A program made the position numbers and the translations under genes. From Gammaproteobacteria bacterium (GTDB lineage Bacteria > Pseudomonadota > Gammaproteobacteria > Ga0077536): 64,000 nucleotides of DNA. The stretch lies in the NCBI GenBank assembly GCA_019747795.1, contig JAIEQK010000198.1, positions 4,647 to 68,646 of the forward strand, in the 5' to 3' direction. Numbering within the stretch: position 1 is the first letter of the stretch; each line of letters opens with the position of its first letter. Positions 29,694 to 37,709 of this stretch are shown piece by piece. The notes beneath the pieces were generated by a model that saw only the letters and a program-made list of their open reading frames with translations, ran no database searches and was not told where the DNA came from.

Positions 29694-32186
29694 TCAAGAG
29701 TACAACTTCAGATCATCGTGGTGAATCTCAGCCCACCCTTTCTCAAATAGACCAGCAATCTGCTCTGCCATATCTGCGAAGGGCTCAATCTCGTCCGGAC
29801 TAGTGTTATCTGAGTCAATGAGGTTCTCGCCGATGCTCCGCGCTGAGTCTTCCGCCGAGGTGGCTCCTAAGTACTGTAGTGCTCCGATTAGTCTGTGCAG
29901 TGACAATTTGGCCAACTTTCGCTGACCAAAGGACAAATGATTCAAACAAAGTGCCAGGTCAACTAACGCTTCGACTTTGAGCGCTGTCGCCAAATTTTTA
30001 TTCGAAAGGAAGTCCAACGGCTCATGCCCATCACTAGGCTCCGTCGCACGATGTCCGTTACTGCTTTGTGTTTGACTGCCTTCACCGCCCACCGATTCTA
30101 GGGTCCTATTTCTCTTCACGGCGTCCGAGACATACCGGAGTAACTCTTTTGCCGTTACTGGTTTAATGAGCACTCGAAAGAAGTCCTCACTACCAAGGGC
30201 TCTTGATGTTGTGGACGATGCGTCCGCGGTCAAAAGGATCGAGAGTTGCTGATTCGCCGCCAACTCCCGCAAAAGGAAAGAATCACAAACATCCACTTCC
30301 CCAAGGAATCGATCAGTGATCACCAAATCGTACGACGAGCTTCGTAGACTCTGAAGGGCTTCAGTCTCTGTAGTGGCAAGGTCGCAGCGATGGCCACACT
30401 GCAACAGTGACGACCGCAGGGCCGCGGCGACTATCGAACTGTCTTCGCAAAGAAGAATGCTGAGCCGGTCAACGCTACCGCTTGTTGAGTTCAGCGCTTT
30501 GTGCCGCCGGAACGGACTAAGAGCATGAGCTTGATTTGCAACCGAGTCTGACGAAAAGTCCAATATGTAGTTGAAGTGCGAAGGTTCCCGGGTGGCAGAA
30601 AGGCGTTCTTGAATTCCAACAAATGGTCTTGGCGTGCCGCTTGAATGTCTGGCGATGCTGCGTAGGTGGACCAGCGTGTCAGGAGACTCATCACAGTAGG
30701 CGGCGACAAGAGGCAAGTCGACCAACGTACCATTGACGCTCGGCATCCGCGAGACTCGGCAAATAAGAGGAAATACACCAATTTCGACGAGTTTCTTAAT
30801 CCGCTCGGGCGACAGAGGTTTCGACGAAAACAGGCGGACCAGTGACACTCCTCTATCTGATACAGAAGCCGGGGCAGAATCTCTAATAGGAATGGATACG
30901 ACAGATCTTGAGCCGCCGTTGGGCTGGAAGCTAAATTCAAGCTGTCCAGATATCGAACGAAGATCTGCTCGCACGATAGTTAGCCCCAAGCCGCGGCTCG
31001 GTCTCATGTCCGAATTGGTGATCGGGGTGGGCTGCGGGCGGGATAATTCGCACGGAGACGAATGTCCCGAATCGCTTACTGAGATGACTAGATTGGAATT
31101 ACCGCCTCGCCCGTCTATGCTAATCGAAACATCGATTCGACCGTTCGGGGACGCCTTATAAGCGTTGTCCAGGAGATTGATCAGAATGTCATGGGCTAAC
31201 GACGCCTCTATCGGGAGTGCCGCAGGTACGTCGCTATCGACACGCCAAGTTAACGAAGCGCGAGAGCCAGTCGCCGCCGCCGCGCATATGGCGATGCAAC
31301 GTGATGTGTCAAAGACTGGCGAGAATAGAGTAGACGCACGTTTAGGTAGCGTCCCAATGGCGCGGGCCTGTTGGGCGGAAACGCGGTTGGCCATATCAAG
31401 TACTCGTTCAGCGCAACTTCGAATGCCTTGAAGAGAGGGGATGAGTGAGGCGGCGTCTGTGCTCACTTTATTGCTGGAAATCGAAGCGGAGACGTCCTCA
31501 ACTATCGAAACTATGCCTTGCAACGGGGCTCTAATTTCGTGAGACACCAATGACAGGTAGTCCTTGGCTTCTCCAAGGCTGTGTACGTGCGCCTCTAGCA
31601 CTACTGAGTATCTTTGTAACAGTCCAATTACATAAAATGGCAGTACGGCCATGGTGATACACTGGGAGCCAATGATCACTGCGTTGGAAAACAACCATTC
31701 ATTATGGAATGCCGCAATTAGGAATGTTATCTCGCTTACGCATAGGCAAAGAAACATATACGTTCGCCCGAAGCGCATTCCGTAACCAATGATTGCCGAC
31801 AAGTAGACGGGCATCAGCGGAATGGCGGCGGCGCCGGAGTGCGCTACGAACAGACTTACTGCCGACACGTCGGCGGTAAGGCATATGACCCTCAGAACAA
31901 AGATTCTGTGCATCGGAAGTGGAACTAGCGAATATAGATTTCTCCATGCGTAGTGGAGACAAAAGCTGCCCAGCAAGTAAGTAGTGGCGACAAGCGCGGG
32001 CACTATAGTGTGCGGAGAGACGGAAGTACCCAGGACGACATTCATGAGCGCCCAGGCAACGGATAGTGTCGAGAGGCCGATACGGATCGAATTCTGCTCT
32101 TTATCTGAGAAGGTTACTGATCCTAGGGGCACTGTCGACACACTAGATTGCATCCAGTGTTCAAATTTTCTAAGAAGTTTTGCCAT
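29694..32186 (-). CDS. Unorthodox hybrid sensor histidine kinase (multi-TM sensor, HisKA, HATPase_c, REC, Hpt)
   Basis: Motifs:
- About six N-terminal hydrophobic segments.
- H-box LVSHEIRAPLQGI, N-box INLLDNAYKASPNG and G2 RGLGLTIV.
- Receiver ILLCEDSS...YDLVITD...LLTAD...IKPVTAKEL.
- C-terminal Hpt-like LSLHRLIGALQYLGA.

Start: taken at ATG 32186 (GGAGG 9-13 nt upstream) rather than the track's TTG 32210.

Composition: markedly lower G+C than the rest of the window. Confidence 0.85.
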   Translation of the reverse strand: MAKLLRKFEHWMQSSVSTVPLGSVTFSDKEQNSIRIGLSTLSVAWALMNVVLGTSVSPHTIVPALVATTYLLGSFCLHYAWRNLYSLVPLPMHRIFVLRVICLTADVSAVSLFVAHSGAAAIPLMPVYLSAIIGYGMRFGRTYMFLCLCVSEITFLIAAFHNEWLFSNAVIIGSQCITMAVLPFYVIGLLQRYSVVLEAHVHSLGEAKDYLSLVSHEIRAPLQGIVSIVEDVSASISSNKVSTDAASLIPSLQGIRSCAERVLDMANRVSAQQARAIGTLPKRASTLFSPVFDTSRCIAICAAAATGSRASLTWRVDSDVPAALPIEASLAHDILINLLDNAYKASPNGRIDVSISIDGRGGNSNLVISVSDSGHSSPCELSRPQPTPITNSDMRPSRGLGLTIVRADLRSISGQLEFSFQPNGGSRSVVSIPIRDSAPASVSDRGVSLVRLFSSKPLSPERIKKLVEIGVFPLICRVSRMPSVNGTLVDLPLVAAYCDESPDTLVHLRSIARHSSGTPRPFVGIQERLSATREPSHFNYILDFSSDSVANQAHALSPFRRHKALNSTSGSVDRLSILLCEDSSIVAAALRSSLLQCGHRCDLATTETEALQSLRSSSYDLVITDRFLGEVDVCDSFLLRELAANQQLSILLTADASSTTSRALGSEDFFRVLIKPVTAKELLRYVSDAVKRNRTLESVGGEGSQTQSSNGHRATEPSDGHEPLDFLSNKNLATALKVEALVDLALCLNHLSFGQRKLAKLSLHRLIGALQYLGATSAEDSARSIGENLIDSDNTSPDEIEPFADMAEQIAGLFEKGWAEIHHDDLKLYS

Positions 32187-32286
32187 TAGTTTGCCCCCTC
32201 CATGTGGCAACCGATGCCCTATTCGCCTTTAGGCTATAGTGAGCATGGCATATCATATTTAGTGCAACTCATTCGGGGCAAGCCTT

Positions 32287-33267
32287 GTGCTCGTAGAAGT
32301 AGGAGTTGGCAGTGGATCTCAGCTAGCTAATGTATTGCGATTTCATTTGGCTGGGCTGTCCATAGAGGTCTTGGGATGTCCGCGCGGGAGTGGAGAGAAT
32401 CGGGACGCGGATGTGTTTATTCCTGTCATGAGGCCGGTGCAGATACCGGCAACTGACACCTCCCTAAAACTAATCCAACAATTCGGCGTAGGCCTGGAAG
32501 GCGTGGACATCGCGGCAGCTACGCGGGCCGGCGTGCTTGTGGCCAATGTTCCGAGTGTAGGTTCGGGCAACGCAGAGTCGGTGGCCGAACTCGCGATTTG
32601 CTTGATGATGATGCTCGGCCGTCGGTTGCCTGTGGCGATGTCACGTTTCAAGGAACGTCGGTTCAGTGGTCCGGTGGGGCGAGCCTTGATCGGCAGCACC
32701 GTGCTGATACTGGGGTACGGTGGGATAGGTGAGGAGATCGCACGCCGCTTGTTGGGATTCGGGACTCGCATCATCGCTGTGTCCCGGCATGGGCCGCAGG
32801 GTTCACGCTCGCGCGATCCTCGGGTGATGGTGCACGAGCATGTGAGCAGTGAAGGTTTGATGGCGGCGGTGGGCGAAGCGGACTACATCGTGGTTGCGGC
32901 GCCGGCCTCGGCTTCGAACGTCGGTCTGGTAGACGCGCGGGTGCTGGCTGCCGCGAAACCTGGCGCCTACCTGGTCAATATCGCGCGGGGGCAGGTAGTC
33001 GACTACGCTTCTTTGCTGGAGGCGCTGCGTACTGGGCACTTGGCCGGGGCCGGGCTAGACGTCTTCTGGCAAGAGCCTTTTGACCCCGCGGATCCTTTGT
33101 TCGATTACAACGTGATCGCGACGCCGCACGTGGGTGGGGTGACCGAGGAGAGCCTGAACGGTATCGGCGCCGCCGTGGCGTGCAACATAGAGCGTCTGAT
33201 GCGCGGCGAGTTGCCGCATAACTGCGTGAATCCGGAAATCTGGGACAGGGTCAAGGCGCGCCTCTGA
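32287..33267 (+). CDS. D-isomer-specific 2-hydroxyacid dehydrogenase family protein (N-terminus and start uncertain)
   Basis: Contains LKLIQQFGVGLEGVDIAAATRAGVLVANVP, the NAD-binding VLILGYGGIGEEIARRL and the catalytic-region NIARGQVVD...TPHVGGVT. The track start is a GTG. The first 70 or so codons are low in G+C. Confidence 0.8.
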   Translation: MLVEVGVGSGSQLANVLRFHLAGLSIEVLGCPRGSGENRDADVFIPVMRPVQIPATDTSLKLIQQFGVGLEGVDIAAATRAGVLVANVPSVGSGNAESVAELAICLMMMLGRRLPVAMSRFKERRFSGPVGRALIGSTVLILGYGGIGEEIARRLLGFGTRIIAVSRHGPQGSRSRDPRVMVHEHVSSEGLMAAVGEADYIVVAAPASASNVGLVDARVLAAAKPGAYLVNIARGQVVDYASLLEALRTGHLAGAGLDVFWQEPFDPADPLFDYNVIATPHVGGVTEESLNGIGAAVACNIERLMRGELPHNCVNPEIWDRVKARL

Positions 33268-33685
33268 CCAGCTTGGCGTACTCGAGGGTCGGCGTCGCCG
33301 TGGCACGGGTGGCGCTTCGGCAGCAAAAACGGGTCGGTAGCGTAGGCGATGAGAGCACCTGCGCGAGGTCTCCCTCTACCTTGATTTCCCCGGTCGACTC
33401 GTCGCGCGTGAAGCTGGTAAGCGTGAGTCGAGTCTGTTGTGGATTAGTGAGCTGCCTGGTTACCCGCTGTGCGCAGATCAGGGCGGCGCAATGCAGGTTC
33501 GCTGCTTCGCTCGTTGGTTGATCGCAGTGACGGACGTCGACGATCACGCCGTTGCGCCAAAGGGCTTCCTGCGCCGCTGACTCGCGAGTGGCTGCATGCA
33601 GTTGCCACCACGTCAGCGCCGCGAAGACGACGACCACGGCCATGAGCCACAGGCCGGGGCGGCGTCTCCGCGAGCCTTCAGGCAT
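33251..33685 (-). CDS. Hypothetical small membrane-anchored protein
   Basis: Start taken at ATG 33685 (MPEGSRRRRPGLWLMAVVVVFAALTWW), which overlaps the HMG-CoA lyase stop by 8 nt (ATGCCTGA). It has one N-terminal hydrophobic segment and no recognisable motif. Its 3' end overlaps the convergent dehydrogenase by 17 nt. Confidence 0.4.
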   Translation of the reverse strand: MPEGSRRRRPGLWLMAVVVVFAALTWWQLHAATRESAAQEALWRNGVIVDVRHCDQPTSEAANLHCAALICAQRVTRQLTNPQQTRLTLTSFTRDESTGEIKVEGDLAQVLSSPTLPTRFCCRSATRATATPTLEYAKLVRGAP

Positions 33686-34622
33686 GCCTCTGTGCCGACA
33701 GCACGAATCCCTTCGGCACGCCGGCCTTGGCAATCGCGCCGTGGGTAGGTTCACCGCGGAGGTGACCTTCGACGTAGCGTCGAACGTCAAGCAGGGCTTC
33801 GAGGTCTACGCCGGTCTTGAGGCCCATTGCCTCGAGCATAAACACCAGGTCGTCCATGACGATGTTTCCGCTCGCCCCCGGCGCATAGGGACATCCACCC
33901 AGGCCGGCCAGTGAAGCATCGAATCGCCTCACACCCGCATCGAGTGCGGCGTCCACGTTCGCAAGGCCGAGCCCGCGCGTGTCGTGGAAATGCGCGGCTA
34001 CGGGAACGTCCCCCGCAATGGCTAAGACTTCGCGAAAGATGGTGCGACACTGTGCCGGATTGCCGTAGCCGACGGTGTCCGCCACGGCCAACTCGTCGGC
34101 GCCAAGTTCGAGAAGCGCACGCGCCGCGGCCAGTACGTCTTCGAGCGGCACGGCGCCGCCCATGGTGCAACCGAAGGCCGTGGCCAGGCCGCTGGCTACG
34201 CGTACGGATCTGAACGCGGGCGTGGAGTTGCGTAGTTCGATGATGCGACCGAAGTCGTCTATGGACTCTTGCACCGAGCGTCGCACGTTGGCGCGACTGT
34301 GCGCTTCGGAGACCGAGAGCACGTAGTTGACCTGGTGCGCGCCGGCGGCCATGGCATTCTCGGCACCCTTGAGATTGGGCACCAGCACTGAAACGTGCAG
34401 GCCCTTGATCTTGATGGCTTCGGCAACCACCGCGGCGCTGTCGGCCATTTGCGGCAGCAGCTTTGGAGGCACGAAGGATCCCACTTCTATCTCCGGAATC
34501 CCGGCCTCGGCCTCGCGCCGTATCCATTCGAGCTTGGTCTCGGTCGAGAACAGGGTCGGAATGCTCTGCAGCCCGTCCCGTGTGCCGACTTCGCGCAGCC
34601 AGACATCTCTCTGTTCGTTCAT
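33678..34622 (-). CDS. Hydroxymethylglutaryl-CoA lyase family protein
   Basis: 314 aa with the N-terminus VWLREVGTRDGLQS, then ...HFHDTRGLGLANVDAAL...GLGGCPYAPGASGN, the HMGL-like signature. Confidence 0.88.
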   Translation of the reverse strand: MNEQRDVWLREVGTRDGLQSIPTLFSTETKLEWIRREAEAGIPEIEVGSFVPPKLLPQMADSAAVVAEAIKIKGLHVSVLVPNLKGAENAMAAGAHQVNYVLSVSEAHSRANVRRSVQESIDDFGRIIELRNSTPAFRSVRVASGLATAFGCTMGGAVPLEDVLAAARALLELGADELAVADTVGYGNPAQCRTIFREVLAIAGDVPVAAHFHDTRGLGLANVDAALDAGVRRFDASLAGLGGCPYAPGASGNIVMDDLVFMLEAMGLKTGVDLEALLDVRRYVEGHLRGEPTHGAIAKAGVPKGFVLSAQRHA

Positions 34623-34645
34623 GTGCGTTTCCTCCGCTGAGAGTT

Positions 34646-35440
34646 TCAGCGACCTTCGAAGCGCGGCTTGCGCTTCTCGTTGAATGCCCGCACGCCTTCG
34701 AGTCGATCGGCGGTGGGCACCATGCGGTTATAGGCTTCGAGCTCGAACATGTAGGCGCTGTTGCGATCGACCTGGGTGGCCAGCGCGATCGACTTCTTGG
34801 CCTGACGAATGGAGATCGGCGCGTTCGCGGCGATGCGCCGCGCGGTCACGAGTGTCTCCTCGAGCAGCGCCTGGGGCTCGCATACGCGATTCACCAGCCC
34901 CCAGTCGGCCGCTTCCGCGGCGGTGAAGGGTGCACCGGTGTAGACGATCTCACGCGCGCGGCGCTCGCCCACGGCGTGCGGCAGATTGATGGTGCCGGCG
35001 GCGCCGGGCATGATGCCAAGCGTCACTTCTGTAAGTGCGAAGCGCGCGGTTGCGGACGCGTAGATGAAGTCGCAGCCCAGCGCGAATTCGCAGCCGCCGC
35101 CGTAGGCCGCACCGTTGACCGCCGCGATGACCGGCACCGGGCAGTCTCTCAGGCCCCGTACCATCTGCTCGTAGATCGCATGCTGGTGCTGCCATTGCTG
35201 GTCGGTCATGCCGTTGCGATCCTTGAGATCGCCGCCCGCGGAGAAGGCCTTGTCGCCGCGCCCGGTGACGATGATGGCGCGCACGTCCTCCTGATCGACG
35301 TACATGTCCTGGAAGAAGGCCCGCAGTTCGATGCCCATCAGGGTGTTCATGGCATTGGCACGCTCGGGCCTGTCGAAGTACAGCACGAGCACGTGTTCGT
35401 CGACGCGTTCGGGCGTGATGGTGGTGAAGTCGTTGCGCAT
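34646..35440 (-). CDS. Enoyl-CoA hydratase/isomerase (methylglutaconyl-CoA hydratase-like by context)
   Basis: Start at ATG 35440 (MRNDFTTITPERVDEHVLVLYFDRPERANAMN). The crotonase oxyanion region FSAGGDLK is present. It lies 23 nt upstream of the HMG-CoA lyase gene. Confidence 0.82.
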   Translation of the reverse strand: MRNDFTTITPERVDEHVLVLYFDRPERANAMNTLMGIELRAFFQDMYVDQEDVRAIIVTGRGDKAFSAGGDLKDRNGMTDQQWQHQHAIYEQMVRGLRDCPVPVIAAVNGAAYGGGCEFALGCDFIYASATARFALTEVTLGIMPGAAGTINLPHAVGERRAREIVYTGAPFTAAEAADWGLVNRVCEPQALLEETLVTARRIAANAPISIRQAKKSIALATQVDRNSAYMFELEAYNRMVPTADRLEGVRAFNEKRKPRFEGR

Positions 35441-35699
35441 GGAAAGCTTCCTGTCCGGTGGGCCGCGCCCATCAGCGGGCGTGCGTCCAGATTGTAGAGA
35501 ATCGTCCGCCGGGTGGGGCGATACCGGACAGTGCGGGCCAGTGCAGCCGGGAGCCACTACCAATTAGGGGGTGATGCCATCCGGCTGTCTCGCGCCGGAC
35601 GCGGCGGCGACTGCCGGCTGCGGTGGGCTTGGTGCGATAATCCCTCGCTCGGCGGCGCGCGAAGCGTCGAATCCAATAGCGAAACGAGGGGAGAGAGCC

Positions 35700-36791
35700 A
35701 TGAAGATCAAAGCGGCGGTCATGCGCGAGGTGAACAGGCCCGTCAGCATCGAGGACGTCGACGTCGCGGCGCCGGGGCCGGACGAGGTGCTGGTCAAGAC
35801 CGTCGCCTGCGGTGTGTGCCACAGCGATCTGCACACCGTCCATGGCGGCATCGCCGCGCCCTTGCCCACGGTCCTGGGTCACGAGCCGGCCGGTATCGTG
35901 CTGGAAGTGGGCGAGCGTGTGCGCAACGTCGCGCCCGGCGACCACGTCATCGCCTGTACATCGATGTTCTGCGGCGCCTGTCCGCAGTGCGTGCAGGGCT
36001 GGCCGCATCTCTGTACCGATCGCGGCGCGTGCCGGCGGGGCGAGGGCGAGGCGCCGCGCCTGTCGCGCGGCAGCGAACTCATCCATCCCTACGCGGACCT
36101 GGCCGGCTTCGCCGAGGCCATGCTGCTGCACTCGCGCGCGGTGGTGAAGATCGACAAGGACATTCCGCTGGACCGTGCCGCGCTGGTCGGCTGCGCCGTC
36201 ACCACCGGCGTCGGCGCCGCTCTCAATTCCGCGCAGGTCACGCCGGGCTCCACCGTGGCGGTGTTCGGCGCGGGTGGCGTCGGCATCTCGGTCATCCAGG
36301 GCGCGCGCATCGCGGGTGCGCGGCAGATCATCGCCATCGATCTGAACGATGCGAAGCTTGCCACCGCGCTCAAGTTCGGCGCGACGGACACCATCAACCC
36401 TGCCAACGCCGACCCGGTGAAGACGGTCAAGAAGATGACCCGTGGCGGTGCAGACTTCGCTTTCGAGGTGGTCGGTCTGCCGAAGCTGCTCGAGCAGGCC
36501 TTCTATTGCCTGGCGCCGCGCGGCACCGCCGTGCTGGTCGGCGCGATCGCGTCAGGCCAGAGCGTGACCTTGAATCCCGGTCACTTCTTCCAGGAGAAGC
36601 GCATCATCGGCTGCATGATGGGCTCGAACCGCTTCACGGTGGACGCGCCTCATTACCTCGATCTCTATCGCCAGGGGCGACTTGATCTCGATTCCATGGT
36701 CACGCGCACCGCGCCGCTCGAGGGGCTGAACGAGGCCTTCCGCGCCATGGAAGCAGGCGAAGTCACCCGCACCGTTCTGACCTTCAACTAG
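35700..36791 (+). CDS. Zinc-dependent alcohol dehydrogenase
   Basis: Start at ATG 35700 (GGGGAGAG SD; MKIKAAVMREV). Zinc ligand region ACGVCHSDLH and NAD fold VAVFGAGGVGISV are present. Confidence 0.88.
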   Translation: MKIKAAVMREVNRPVSIEDVDVAAPGPDEVLVKTVACGVCHSDLHTVHGGIAAPLPTVLGHEPAGIVLEVGERVRNVAPGDHVIACTSMFCGACPQCVQGWPHLCTDRGACRRGEGEAPRLSRGSELIHPYADLAGFAEAMLLHSRAVVKIDKDIPLDRAALVGCAVTTGVGAALNSAQVTPGSTVAVFGAGGVGISVIQGARIAGARQIIAIDLNDAKLATALKFGATDTINPANADPVKTVKKMTRGGADFAFEVVGLPKLLEQAFYCLAPRGTAVLVGAIASGQSVTLNPGHFFQEKRIIGCMMGSNRFTVDAPHYLDLYRQGRLDLDSMVTRTAPLEGLNEAFRAMEAGEVTRTVLTFN

Positions 36792-36824
36792 TCCGGCCGC
36801 CCATCGGCCCCATCGGGAGGACCT

Positions 36825-37616
36825 GTGTCCACACTCAATACCAAAGACCTCGGCGTGGAACTCGCCAACCATGTCGCGACGGTCGAGATTCGCCGCCCGC
36901 CACACAACTTCTTCGACATCGATCTCATTCGGCAGATCGCCGAGACTTACGAGACCCTGGACACGCTGGCGGACTGCCGCGCCATCCTGCTGTGCGCGGA
37001 GGGCAAGAACTTCTGCGCGGGCGCGAACTTCGGCGCCAGCGACGCGGGTGGCGCCAAGGACAGCTCGCAGGGCTCGCTATCGAATGACCTCTATCGCCAG
37101 GCGGTGCGCATCTTCCGCTGCAAGAAGCCGGTGGTGGCGGCCGTGCAGGGTGCGGCCATCGGCGGCGGGCTGGGACTCGCGGTGTCGGCCGATTTTCGCG
37201 TGACCTGTCCGGAGGGACGCTTCAGCGCGAACTTCACCAAGCTCGGCTTCCATCCCGGTTTCGGTCTCACCGTCACGTTGCCGCGTCTGCTGGGTGAGCA
37301 GCGCGCCGCGTTGCTGTGCCTGAGCAGTCGGCGCATCGACGGCGTGCAGGCCGCGGCCTGGGGCCTGGCCGACGAATGCGTGCCGCTGGAGGAACTGCGT
37401 CCCACGGCGCTGAAGCTTGCCGCGGAACTCGCGTCCTGCGCGCCGTTGGCAGTGATGTCGACACGCGCGACGCTGCGTGTGGGGCTCGCCGACCGCATCG
37501 CGATGCAGACCGATCACGAGCTCGCCGAACAGAACTGGCTGCGCACCACCGCGGACTGGGCGGAGGGCATCAAGGCCACGGCCGAGCGTCGCGAGCCGAA
37601 CTTCACCGGGGCCTGA
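36825..37616 (+). CDS. Enoyl-CoA hydratase/isomerase family protein
   Basis: 263 aa with a GTG start. It shows the crotonase fold pattern VATVEIRRPPHNFF...FCAGANF...AAVQGAAIGGGLGLAV. Confidence 0.82.
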   Translation: MSTLNTKDLGVELANHVATVEIRRPPHNFFDIDLIRQIAETYETLDTLADCRAILLCAEGKNFCAGANFGASDAGGAKDSSQGSLSNDLYRQAVRIFRCKKPVVAAVQGAAIGGGLGLAVSADFRVTCPEGRFSANFTKLGFHPGFGLTVTLPRLLGEQRAALLCLSSRRIDGVQAAAWGLADECVPLEELRPTALKLAAELASCAPLAVMSTRATLRVGLADRIAMQTDHELAEQNWLRTTADWAEGIKATAERREPNFTGA

Positions 37617-37709
37617 GCCCGCGCAAACGACAGGGCCGCGGCGTTCTCACGAACGGCGCGGCCCTGATGAGCATCGAGCGCTGCCGCGCGCACGCGGCAG
37701 GCATTCGTC

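Noticed and set aside
29694-37616. An RpfC/RpfF-type DSF quorum-sensing module, that is, a multi-TM hybrid kinase near crotonase-family genes.
   Set aside because: - The crotonase genes are 2.5-5 kb away in a compositionally different block.
- They sit in metabolic operons (with HMG-CoA lyase, and with a Zn-ADH).
- No HD-GYP regulator (RpfG) or acyl-CoA ligase (RpfB) accompanies the kinase.
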